Source: Gammaproteobacteria bacterium
GTDB taxonomy: Bacteria > Pseudomonadota > Gammaproteobacteria > JAJFKO01
Direction of reading: 5' to 3'
Assembly (NCBI GenBank): GCA_028284465.1
Contig: JANQRR010000015.1
Span: forward strand, 17,286-81,285
Length of the DNA: 64,000 nt
Part shown: positions 40,806 to 50,035 of the stretch, one piece after another
How the letters are laid out: each line of letters starts with the position of its first letter
How positions within the stretch are numbered: the first letter of the stretch is position 1
Translations under genes and position numbers: made by a program
Notes under the pieces: generated by a model
What the model was told of the DNA's origin: nothing
The model's database searches: none
Seen by the model: only the letters and a program-made list of their open reading frames with translations

Positions 40806-41605
40806 TCATTAATAAAAAAACATTTGCTGGTTATTTTCAAGGTATTTGGGCAAGTCGCTATTTTTGGACTCATTTGGCGTTGTCAGATCTACGAGCGCGT
40901 TTTCGTCGTTCTAAGCTTGGTATTTTATGGGCGATTCTTAATCCTTTATTGTTAACGTTATTACTTTCGTTTGTCATGGGTACCTTATTTCATCATTCAA
41001 TAGGTAGTTATGCGCCTTACGTATTTTCTGGGATCATTATTTGGACCTTAATTGTCGATTCAGGAGTGCAAGGTTGTCATTCATTAATTGTTGCCGAAGG
41101 TTATATCAAACAGTTTAGTCACCCAGCAATTATTTATCCGCTAAGAACGGTGTTGATCAATATGTTTATGTTTGGTTTTGGTTTTATGGGGTTGTTTATT
41201 TGGGTGTTATTGTGGCGTCCTAGTAATTTAAATATAAGTTTAATTAGTTTAATTCCAACCTTCATTCTTTATTTCTTGGCAGCATGGCCATTAGCAATCA
41301 TCACTGGTTTCATCAATAGTCAATTTCGTGATTTTGTGCAAGTTTTAGTATTAGTCTTTCAAGCGTTATGGTATACCTCACCAGTGTTTATCTCTGCTGA
41401 AACATTTGTTAACGCGCATCTGGGTTTTTTAGTGCATTATAATCCTATTTATCATGTGTTGAACTTAGTACGTGCGCCAATGCTCTATGGTAGAATGCCA
41501 ACACTCATAGATTATAGTGCGATTATTATTGTTGCTATGATATTTTGGATCGTTGCCATCATCAGGATCAAACATTACGAAGATAATATTATTTTTGCCC
41601 TATAG
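40802..41605 (+). CDS. wzm: O-antigen/teichoic-acid-type ABC exporter permease.
   Basis: 267 aa with 6 TM helices and an ABC-2 type permease. It overlaps the upstream gene by 4 nt. Confidence 0.8.
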   Translation: MIINKKTFAGYFQGIWASRYFWTHLALSDLRARFRRSKLGILWAILNPLLLTLLLSFVMGTLFHHSIGSYAPYVFSGIIIWTLIVDSGVQGCHSLIVAEGYIKQFSHPAIIYPLRTVLINMFMFGFGFMGLFIWVLLWRPSNLNISLISLIPTFILYFLAAWPLAIITGFINSQFRDFVQVLVLVFQALWYTSPVFISAETFVNAHLGFLVHYNPIYHVLNLVRAPMLYGRMPTLIDYSAIIIVAMIFWIVAIIRIKHYEDNIIFAL

Positions 41606-41616
41606 GTTGTTTTGTT

Positions 41617-42372
41617 ATGAATGCAGTTGTTGAATTAGATCAAGTTAATATGCATTATCGCACAGGTGCTTATCGCATGCTGTCAATCAAAGAATCTGTT
41701 TTTAATTTTTTAGCACGTAAAAAAAGTGAAAAACAGTTTATCTACGATGTGCATTCTTTAAAAAATATGAGCTTTAAAGTGCAAGAGGGGGAACGAATTG
41801 CTTTATTAGGGCATAACGGTGCGGGTAAAAGCACGTTATTAAAAGTCATTGCAAATATTTATCCTATCTCTGATGGCAAATTAAATGTCGTCGGTAAAGT
41901 ACGATCGTTATTTGAATTATCAACCGGATTTGAACCAGAAGCGACAGGTATTGAAAACATTATTTATCGTGGTTTACTCTTAGGGCAATCGCCAAAATAC
42001 ATGCGCAAAATCCGTGATGAAATTATTGAATTTGCAGATATTGGTGAATTTATTAATTATCCGTTAAAAACGTACTCTGCAGGTATGCAAGTGCGTTTGG
42101 CTTTTGCGATTTCGACCATGATTGAAGGCAATATTTTACTGTTAGATGAAATTTTAGGGGCAGGGGATGCTAATTTTATTGAAAAAGCCAAAGCGCGGAT
42201 TTTATCTCTTATTGAAAAAGCAAGTATCATGTTTTTAGCTAGCCACGATTTGGTAACAATCAAAGATATTTGTACGCGTGGGCTAGTGATTGAACATGGT
42301 AACTTAATGTTTGATGGTCCAGTGAATGAAGCCGTAGATTATTATAAACAACTTATTGCTAAAAAGGAGTGA
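41617..42372 (+). CDS. wzt: O-antigen ABC exporter ATP-binding protein. It is short, with no C-terminal carbohydrate-binding domain.
   Basis: Walker A GHNGAGKST, signature YSAGMQVRLAFA, Walker B ILLLDE. Only 251 aa long. Confidence 0.85.
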   Translation: MNAVVELDQVNMHYRTGAYRMLSIKESVFNFLARKKSEKQFIYDVHSLKNMSFKVQEGERIALLGHNGAGKSTLLKVIANIYPISDGKLNVVGKVRSLFELSTGFEPEATGIENIIYRGLLLGQSPKYMRKIRDEIIEFADIGEFINYPLKTYSAGMQVRLAFAISTMIEGNILLLDEILGAGDANFIEKAKARILSLIEKASIMFLASHDLVTIKDICTRGLVIEHGNLMFDGPVNEAVDYYKQLIAKKE

Positions 42373-42373
42373 C

Positions 42374-43210
42374 ATGACTACAGTGGCACGGACAGATATT
42401 AGTAAAGCTAATGAAGAATTTTGGACAGAGCTTTGTGGAACGGTATTAGCTAAGAATTTAAATATTGTCGATCACTCACTAGAGTCTTTACAGAAATTTG
42501 ATGACTATTATTTGAATTTTTACCCTTATTTACTCCAACATCTTACGCTGGCTGAAGTTAAGGATAAAAAAATTCTAGAAATTGGTTTAGGTTACGGTAC
42601 TTTAGGGCAAAAGCTCGCAGAAAATTGTCGAGAGTATATTGGCCTCGATATTGCTGCAGGTCCAGTCAAGATGATGAATCATCGTTTAAAGATGCAATCT
42701 TTACCAGGCAAAGCAATACAAGGTAATATGCTCGAGTGCTCATTAGAGACAGCAAGCGTTGATGGAGTAGTTTCCATTGGGTGTTTTCATCATACTGGTG
42801 ATGTGCAACGCTGTATTGACGAAACATATCGTGTTTTGAAAAAAGGCGGTTTTGCTTATCTTATGTTATACAATCGTTACTCTGGGCGGCAATGGCGACG
42901 TTGGCCAAACCAGACTTTCAAGCATTGGTTGCAAGAATATCTTGGGATCGGCAGTGCAATTAATGAGGTGTCTGAGCAGCAACGTGCAGCGTATGATCCT
43001 AACCAAGAAGGTGCAGCAGCGCCCGAAACGACATTTCATTCAATTAAGGAAATTAAACGAATGATGCATAAGTTTTCTAATGTTAAGTGTTATCGGGAAA
43101 ACTTCGATAATGTTATTTACAAAGGTAAGATTAAAATTCCTCGCGAGAAGTTATTATCAAACTTAGCTAAAGTTGCAGGGCTGGATATTTATATAAGAGC
43201 GACTAAATAA
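42374..43210 (+). CDS. Class-I SAM-dependent methyltransferase.
   Basis: ILEIGLGYGTLGQKL (motif I) and VLKKGGFAYL (motif post-II). The ATG at 42374 has an AAGGAG RBS; the track start at 42356 is a TTG. Confidence 0.7.
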   Translation: MTTVARTDISKANEEFWTELCGTVLAKNLNIVDHSLESLQKFDDYYLNFYPYLLQHLTLAEVKDKKILEIGLGYGTLGQKLAENCREYIGLDIAAGPVKMMNHRLKMQSLPGKAIQGNMLECSLETASVDGVVSIGCFHHTGDVQRCIDETYRVLKKGGFAYLMLYNRYSGRQWRRWPNQTFKHWLQEYLGIGSAINEVSEQQRAAYDPNQEGAAAPETTFHSIKEIKRMMHKFSNVKCYRENFDNVIYKGKIKIPREKLLSNLAKVAGLDIYIRATK

Positions 43211-43213
43211 CTT

Positions 43214-45217
43214 TTATAAACAATCTAAATTACGATTGATCCATACTTCATGCCAAAGGATGGCATTCATCACGGTCCATAAGTGAAAAGAGTAGCCGCC
43301 ACCTGATCGCATTTGTTGTGATAATAATTTAGTAAAATAATCTTTATTGATAAAACCGGCTTTAACAAGGTCAGATTTATTAAATGCATCTAAACACCGT
43401 TGACCAAAATCAGGTTCTTTAAACCATTTCTCCATCGGCGCGCCAAAACCTTGCTTACGTCGATATAACATATCGTCATCAACAAAGGGCTCAGCAATTT
43501 TTTTCAAAATGGCTTTGCCAATGCCGTTATGCAGTTTATATTCTGCTGGCAAGCGCATCGCAAATTCAACAATATCATGATCTAAAAAAGGCACACGTGC
43601 TTCAATCGAATGTGCCATAGTCATTTTGTCTACCCGCATTAATAAATGTTCAGGTAAACGCAATTTATGTTCCATATAGGGAATTTTTTGTAAAATTTCC
43701 GGTTCAACGAGCTGGCCATTTAAGCTGCCAAGATAATGATTAACAATCGCGTGGCTATCTAATTTGCTATGACTGGCAGGTAACAAATTAGCAACAGGAC
43801 ATTCTAATGATTGCCCAAAGGGAGCTAGATCAGGCGTTAATTGGGAGCGCATATCACCCCACCAGCACACCGCGCCACCCCAAAATAATTGTTGTTGTTG
43901 GCGTGCACGTTGAATAATAGCTTTATCTTCTATGGCTAAGCCGGGCAGTCGATGTTTAGATTTGAATAATAATCTTTGCCACCAAGAAGACTGCTGTTGG
44001 GCGGGTAAATACACGTCTTGATATTTTTTACGGTAATGATCACACCACCAATATCCTAAAAAGTTTTCATCAGCGCCTTCGCCGACTTGCACTACGGTAG
44101 TGCCTTTAGATTTAACTAATTTAGCGAGAAAGTATAAAGGAATACAAACATTGTCAGCGATAGGTTCATCTTGTAGCTGTACTAATAATGGTAAAAAATC
44201 TAATGCTTCTTGCCCATTAATTTGGGTTTCATAATGATCGGTGCGGTAACGTTTAGCAATGCGACGTGCATATTCAAATTCATTAAATTCTTCATGAGTG
44301 GCATAACCTATAGAAAATGTGGTTACCGGTCTATCCATTAACTCACTCATTAAAGCGACGTTTAGACTTGAATCTACGCCACCTGATAATAATACGCCAA
44401 ATGGTACATCAGCTACCATGCGTCGGCTGATCGCTTGACGTAATAAACGTAATAATTCTGCTTCAGCATCGGCTGGTGATAAATCATTAGGAGAATAAGT
44501 AAGTTCACGACTAGGTTTACAATCCCACCATTGCCAGGCGTGCGCGTTGCCTTGATGATTGATCGTGATCCCAAAGCCTGCCGGTAATTTCCAAATACCT
44601 CTAAATAAAGTCATTGGTGCAGGAGTTACAATAAATGTTAAGTAATGCCAAAAAGCAGTATGATCCATTTCGCGAATGACATCCGGATGCGCTAGTAAGG
44701 ATCGTATCTCAGAGCCAAACACCCATTCACCGGTATTGGTGCGGCTAAAATATAATGGTTTAATGCCAATTCGATCGCGTATTAAATGTAATTCTGGTTT
44801 GTCAGGATTACGGCGATCATAAATTGCTATTGAGAACATACCTACAAGTTTAGGCAGCATATCAACATGCCATTCTTCAAAAGCATGCAAAATCACTTCA
44901 GTATCAGAATGATCGGTTTTCCATTGGTATTTGCCAAGTTGCATTAATTCTTGGCGTAATTGTTTATGATTATATATTTCACCATTAAAAACAATAATAA
45001 CGGAATTGTCAGTATTAGCCATTGGTTGTTGCGCGGCATGAGATAAATCAATGATGGATAAACGGCGATGACCGAGGGCACAACGGTGATCAGGCGCGCG
45101 CCATAAGCCGGCATCATCAGGGCCGCGATGAGTCATAGCATCACGCATGTTAATTAGTGTTTGGTTATCAACGACACTTTTGTTTGTTGAACTAAAACAA
45201 CCAATGAATCCACACAT
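43214..45217 (-). CDS. Asparagine-synthase-like glutamine amidotransferase, third copy.
   Basis: The start at 45217 gives MCGFIGCF. HRGPDD, SGGVDSS and the asparagine-synthase C-domain are present. Confidence 0.85.
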   Translation of the reverse strand: MCGFIGCFSSTNKSVVDNQTLINMRDAMTHRGPDDAGLWRAPDHRCALGHRRLSIIDLSHAAQQPMANTDNSVIIVFNGEIYNHKQLRQELMQLGKYQWKTDHSDTEVILHAFEEWHVDMLPKLVGMFSIAIYDRRNPDKPELHLIRDRIGIKPLYFSRTNTGEWVFGSEIRSLLAHPDVIREMDHTAFWHYLTFIVTPAPMTLFRGIWKLPAGFGITINHQGNAHAWQWWDCKPSRELTYSPNDLSPADAEAELLRLLRQAISRRMVADVPFGVLLSGGVDSSLNVALMSELMDRPVTTFSIGYATHEEFNEFEYARRIAKRYRTDHYETQINGQEALDFLPLLVQLQDEPIADNVCIPLYFLAKLVKSKGTTVVQVGEGADENFLGYWWCDHYRKKYQDVYLPAQQQSSWWQRLLFKSKHRLPGLAIEDKAIIQRARQQQQLFWGGAVCWWGDMRSQLTPDLAPFGQSLECPVANLLPASHSKLDSHAIVNHYLGSLNGQLVEPEILQKIPYMEHKLRLPEHLLMRVDKMTMAHSIEARVPFLDHDIVEFAMRLPAEYKLHNGIGKAILKKIAEPFVDDDMLYRRKQGFGAPMEKWFKEPDFGQRCLDAFNKSDLVKAGFINKDYFTKLLSQQMRSGGGYSFHLWTVMNAILWHEVWINRNLDCL

Positions 45218-45224
45218 AAAAAAT

Positions 45225-47291
45225 TTACTCCCAAAATTGATCAGCAAGTTTGCTAGCAGAAGTAATACTAAGTTGGTTTGATACTTGCGGTTGTACTAGC
45301 CATGTTATTTTAGTAATACTAGGATCATTTAATTTTGCAACCAACATTAAAGTTGGTATTCGCTTGCCATAACCGGGCGCGTACCAAGAGTTTTCAACTT
45401 GCCATGATAAATTATCTGTTTGTAATTTAAAGCTATGCTGATCATTGGTGATAATAACTGTGTTATCGCCTAAATCAGCGTTTAAACCAGGATGTAGTAA
45501 TAATTGCCAGCGACGTTTAGATAGGTTATCGCCAGTAAAGATATCATCAACAATCATACTATCGTCGGCTAGTAATAAAATGCGGCGATCATGCTGTTGT
45601 TGATCTTTAGTGAAACGACCATGAACGCCTTGCATGTTATTCATGTGGCGTTTTTCAACAAAAGATGTTTCACCTTGTTGGCGTAAATTAAATAGTACAG
45701 CAGGATCAAATTGATGTTGTTCTTGATCATTGATTAACACGGTATTATGAATAGTGGTGCTGCGATGTTGGTTGCGTGCAGCCGGATCTTGCGTATAAGT
45801 ATAATTTCCAGCATCAACAAACACCGGTTGTTGTTGGTAGCACCATTCTATGGATAATTGATCACAATGCTTATGATTGCCAACGCCATCGGTGCCTGGC
45901 CCAAGATTGGCAAAAGTGAGATGGCTTTGTGGTGATTGCAGCACAGCAATGCCACTAGTTGGATAAACTTGTGGATTTGTCGATGAAAATTGCTTGGTAT
46001 CGATATCAACTGTAGGCCAGCAGCATTCACTCACTTGGTTAGTTTTAGCAATGTTAGCGCTAAACGCAGGTAACGAAAATACTTTCGCTGCCGCAACAAA
46101 TAAATGATCAAAAGAATCTGTTTGCCAATGTTGGTATTGCGCAAAGATATGCGCACGCGCATTATCCGCATCTCCAATTTGCGCGACACGGCTGCTTGGC
46201 TGGCGTAAGCTATGTAAAAATTGTAATCCAAGTAATAAGCGTTGTTTGTAATTCTCAGATAACGGGAGTTTAGCATGCTGAGATAAGGCATAAGCCGATA
46301 AAAACATTTCAAGCATAAAACGGTGATAAGACAAGCTAGATTCGTAAGGGCCACCGTCAGTGAGAATTTGTCGTGTAATTTGTTGTTGTAAACCAGTTTC
46401 AGCAATACCTCGCCACACACAAGCGGCATCTAGGTGTGGGAAATTGAGAGCAAGCCAATACAAACCAAAAAAATTAGCCACACCATGGTTAGAAACAATC
46501 AGTTTGCCATGGAAAGTACCATATTCAAGATTTGCCACCATAAAACGGCCATGCATCACTAAGCTTTTTAGCAGGCGGCGCCACCAAAGGTATGTTAAAG
46601 TTTTGGAATGTTGAAAAAAGTTTAGTGCTGCTAACCAACCAACAATACGTAAACTAACATCCATATTACAAGCCCAATGCACGCCAAAACCGACAGGATT
46701 TTTGCGAATAAAATCCATAATGATGTTGGCAAAGTAACGCGCGTAACGTTCATCTCCTGTCAACCAATAGGCTTGACCAATGGTTACTAAATGTTGACAG
46801 CGAGTGATTTCCCAAGGGCCTTTTATATCGGCATTGCGAGAATTTTTTTGTGTAGCTTGATACCAACGCCAATGATTGAATAATTGTGGGAATTGTTGTT
46901 TAGTAATGGGATCTTTACGCCAATTAAGTTGCCAGCCATGAGCTTGGGAAGAACGACGCATATCGACACTACCACCCCCTAAAATGTCAAACTTACCTTT
47001 AAGTAATTCATTAGCAGTTTCAATAATAATGTTAACTTGTTGTGGATATTCTTTTTTTAACGTAGCAATAAATGTATGTTGATCGGTAGGAAGAAAATTC
47101 CGTTGACCGAAATGTCCTAAGCGTTGCGCAATGACATATTGCTTAAAGCTGCTGATCCCCATTCGCTTTAATATTGCAGTCATTTCGCCATCACTGGGCA
47201 AGCGTTGTAAAAAATAATGTTTACATTCCCACAGCCGTAATTGTAAATAATCCAAGCTATTACAGCAGGCTTGTGCAATTTGTCTGATCAT
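45225..47291 (-). CDS. Heparinase II/III-like (alginate-lyase superfamily) protein, 688 aa.
   Basis: WHLHYFD-like N-terminal region (WQLNWRKD), W..N.DV.LRIV.W, GG..ESS.SYH blocks typical of Hepar_II_III family proteins found in polysaccharide loci. Confidence 0.7.
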   Translation of the reverse strand: MIRQIAQACCNSLDYLQLRLWECKHYFLQRLPSDGEMTAILKRMGISSFKQYVIAQRLGHFGQRNFLPTDQHTFIATLKKEYPQQVNIIIETANELLKGKFDILGGGSVDMRRSSQAHGWQLNWRKDPITKQQFPQLFNHWRWYQATQKNSRNADIKGPWEITRCQHLVTIGQAYWLTGDERYARYFANIIMDFIRKNPVGFGVHWACNMDVSLRIVGWLAALNFFQHSKTLTYLWWRRLLKSLVMHGRFMVANLEYGTFHGKLIVSNHGVANFFGLYWLALNFPHLDAACVWRGIAETGLQQQITRQILTDGGPYESSLSYHRFMLEMFLSAYALSQHAKLPLSENYKQRLLLGLQFLHSLRQPSSRVAQIGDADNARAHIFAQYQHWQTDSFDHLFVAAAKVFSLPAFSANIAKTNQVSECCWPTVDIDTKQFSSTNPQVYPTSGIAVLQSPQSHLTFANLGPGTDGVGNHKHCDQLSIEWCYQQQPVFVDAGNYTYTQDPAARNQHRSTTIHNTVLINDQEQHQFDPAVLFNLRQQGETSFVEKRHMNNMQGVHGRFTKDQQQHDRRILLLADDSMIVDDIFTGDNLSKRRWQLLLHPGLNADLGDNTVIITNDQHSFKLQTDNLSWQVENSWYAPGYGKRIPTLMLVAKLNDPSITKITWLVQPQVSNQLSITSASKLADQFWE

Positions 47292-50035
47292 GATATCGGT
47301 TTAGTTGCTTTAATCACTAAATTCCAACCGCAGCATTTACCTAATAAATTTATTGGCAACCAACGTAGAATTCTTGGCAATTCAGCTCTCATAAGTTGAC
47401 GTTGAATAATATGAATGTTATCGAAGTCGCTAAATAACCCGCGCAAACGTCTTTTGCTATAGACTTTAACTAAAGGACGGGCGTCATTCTCAGCTAACTC
47501 AACTCGACGTGACATGATTTCACCGATTGAATAATTGTTCGTTAATTTTTTTTCAAACCATTCAACACCGACTAAATTTTTCCAAAAATGATAAGAGTTT
47601 TGCGCATACACCATTATGATAACTTTACCACCGGGCTTTAATACCCGATACATTTCTTTAACAATTTTTGCAGTATTAGGTGAATGATGAATGACACCGT
47701 TACTATAAACCACATCGAATGTATTATCGGCGAATGGCATATTTTCAGCATCACCGTGATGAAATTCACCGGTTAAGTTACGCAGTTTAAAGTTGGTTTT
47801 TGCATGTGCTAAATGTCCTGATGATAAATCTAGATCTGTAACTAAAGCACCGTGTTTAGCAAATTGTGCCAGATCGGTGCCAATGCCGCCGCCAACTTCT
47901 AATACTTTCTCACCAGCATGTTGATCAAATTCCATATCGTGTAATAACCATGGACCATATTCTTGATAGCGGTAACGCTCAACTTCTTCAAACCAAGGTA
48001 ACGTGTAAAGCTCGATCCCATTAACATATTGACTACCACAAGGATTGTTATCCCATTGAGCTTGCACTTGATGTTTATAATGATCATCTGCTAATTCATT
48101 TTTTTGATCGACATCAACCAGTAATGTTTGACGTTGGTCAATAGGTAAAAGCGTATGAATTTTGCTAAGGTAGGATTTCGATAAAACGTCTGGTAATAAA
48201 TATTTACTTGGTTCTTTTCGATAAAGAAAATTCCATAAGCGGGTAACGTGATGTTGCCAGCTATATGTTGTTAATACTGCTTGGCGTGCATTCTTACCTA
48301 ATTGTTCACAAATAGTTTGATGATTGATCAGAAATTCAATTGCACTAATGAAATGTTTGCGATTACCAGGCTGACAGAGAATAGCTCTTTGCTGATCAAC
48401 AGTTGTTGTTGAAGATAAATTATCAGCAAATAATGCAGGTCTAAGAACGTTGCCTATCTGCATGAGGTCACTAGCGATAATGCCTGTGCCCAGTGCCATA
48501 TATTCAAATAACTTGGTGGGTGAACCAAAAAATTTAGTGGATTGCATATGGGTTGCATGCGGGCAAAGAAAAATATCACAGGTTTGTAAATGATGAAGTG
48601 CTTTGTCAGGTGCTATCAAGCCAGTGATATGGACTTGATCATCAAGCTTATGTTTAGCAATGGCTGCATCGATTAAATGGCGCAAACTACCATCACCGAT
48701 TAATAAAAATTTGACATGAGTGTGTTGTTGACAAATATTAGGTATGAGATCGGCAAGTACATCTATGCCATGCCAAGCACCGAAAGTACCCGTAAAACCA
48801 ATAACAATATCGTTAGCTTGCCAACCTAAAGCAAGTTTATTTTGTGCTTTTGCGGCAGTGGTGATTGGTTTGAAAATATCAGGATCGGCACCATTTGGGT
48901 TTACTAAGATTTTTTCACTCGATACACCACGCTCGATTAGTTCAAGCGCTACGACATCTGAGACGACATTGATGGCAGAAGCTTGCTTAAATGCAGCCAT
49001 TTCTGCATCTAAAAACAATTGTTCATTTGTGTAAGTATGGTTATTGAAAGAACGTTGCATCGTTAATTCAGAGCCATTATATTCAACAATATAAGGGATA
49101 TTTAATTCTTTACTTAAGTAAGCCCCTAAATAATTACCTAAGCAAATTCTTTCGTAAATAAAAGCCGGCGCAATAGCAGCAAGTTCTGATTTCAGCTTGG
49201 TATAATAATGGCTGTTAGCAAGTAGTAATTTGCTTTCTGCTTGGGATTTAAGATTTTTTAACACGACTTGTTTGATGTTCATATCATCTAACATTTTAAA
49301 ACGAGAGCCTATAAACACAGTTAGCTCAGCACAATGTTTTTGTAATTCTTTAGCGACATAGCAGGTATGGCTATAAGAACCACCGGCAGTAAGTTTTGCC
49401 CAGAAATCTAACCGCAAATAAACACCTTTTTTGGCTTCAGTTGCTTGCAGCGGGATTGGTGAGCAAGATGATAATAGTTCTGCTAAGTCTTTTGCAATTT
49501 CAGCGTTAGGTTGTTTAAACTTACGCAATAAAGTAGTACGCAAATTAGCAGGCAAAATATTTAAAGATTTGCGCAGCATAAATTTTGTTAACCAAAATGC
49601 CTTATGGGCAGCAGCTTTATAACTATGTAAGTAAAATAGTTTGTTAATATGACGTAACCAAAAAAAATTGCGGCTAATTTTTAAAAAGCACAAAAACAGC
49701 CAGATCTGTTGATAAGTATCCAAACGTTCTTTATCGATAACTTCAATCGCTTCTTCTTGTGGCCAGTAGAACCAAAGTTGCAATTGTTGCTGCTGAATAG
49801 TTTTGGCAAGTTCTAAATATTTTTTGTGAGGTGCGCCACCATTAATAGCAATAACAACGCCAGCACAATCATGCTGTTTGATCGCATGTACAATATCGTT
49901 GCAAGGTTTGAGCTTCGGAATAGCAATATTAATTTGATGACGTTCACTAAACTGAGTTAATCGATCATTGTTAATGATCCCGGCTTGGTTATCGTCGTGA
50001 GAATAATAAAGATAGTTATGTGCTTGGTTATTCAT
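47288..50035 (-). CDS. Bifunctional GT4 glycosyltransferase and C-terminal class-I SAM methyltransferase (about 915 aa).
   Basis: GT4 E-x7-E region FFGSPTKLFEYMALGTGIIASD, then VLEVGGGIGTDL and LKPGGKVII methyltransferase motifs. The start was set at ATG 50035 (MNNQAH...), 2 nt after the upstream stop; the longer ORF would overlap the upstream gene by 196 nt. Confidence 0.7.
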   Translation of the reverse strand: MNNQAHNYLYYSHDDNQAGIINNDRLTQFSERHQINIAIPKLKPCNDIVHAIKQHDCAGVVIAINGGAPHKKYLELAKTIQQQQLQLWFYWPQEEAIEVIDKERLDTYQQIWLFLCFLKISRNFFWLRHINKLFYLHSYKAAAHKAFWLTKFMLRKSLNILPANLRTTLLRKFKQPNAEIAKDLAELLSSCSPIPLQATEAKKGVYLRLDFWAKLTAGGSYSHTCYVAKELQKHCAELTVFIGSRFKMLDDMNIKQVVLKNLKSQAESKLLLANSHYYTKLKSELAAIAPAFIYERICLGNYLGAYLSKELNIPYIVEYNGSELTMQRSFNNHTYTNEQLFLDAEMAAFKQASAINVVSDVVALELIERGVSSEKILVNPNGADPDIFKPITTAAKAQNKLALGWQANDIVIGFTGTFGAWHGIDVLADLIPNICQQHTHVKFLLIGDGSLRHLIDAAIAKHKLDDQVHITGLIAPDKALHHLQTCDIFLCPHATHMQSTKFFGSPTKLFEYMALGTGIIASDLMQIGNVLRPALFADNLSSTTTVDQQRAILCQPGNRKHFISAIEFLINHQTICEQLGKNARQAVLTTYSWQHHVTRLWNFLYRKEPSKYLLPDVLSKSYLSKIHTLLPIDQRQTLLVDVDQKNELADDHYKHQVQAQWDNNPCGSQYVNGIELYTLPWFEEVERYRYQEYGPWLLHDMEFDQHAGEKVLEVGGGIGTDLAQFAKHGALVTDLDLSSGHLAHAKTNFKLRNLTGEFHHGDAENMPFADNTFDVVYSNGVIHHSPNTAKIVKEMYRVLKPGGKVIIMVYAQNSYHFWKNLVGVEWFEKKLTNNYSIGEIMSRRVELAENDARPLVKVYSKRRLRGLFSDFDNIHIIQRQLMRAELPRILRWLPINLLGKCCGWNLVIKATKPIS

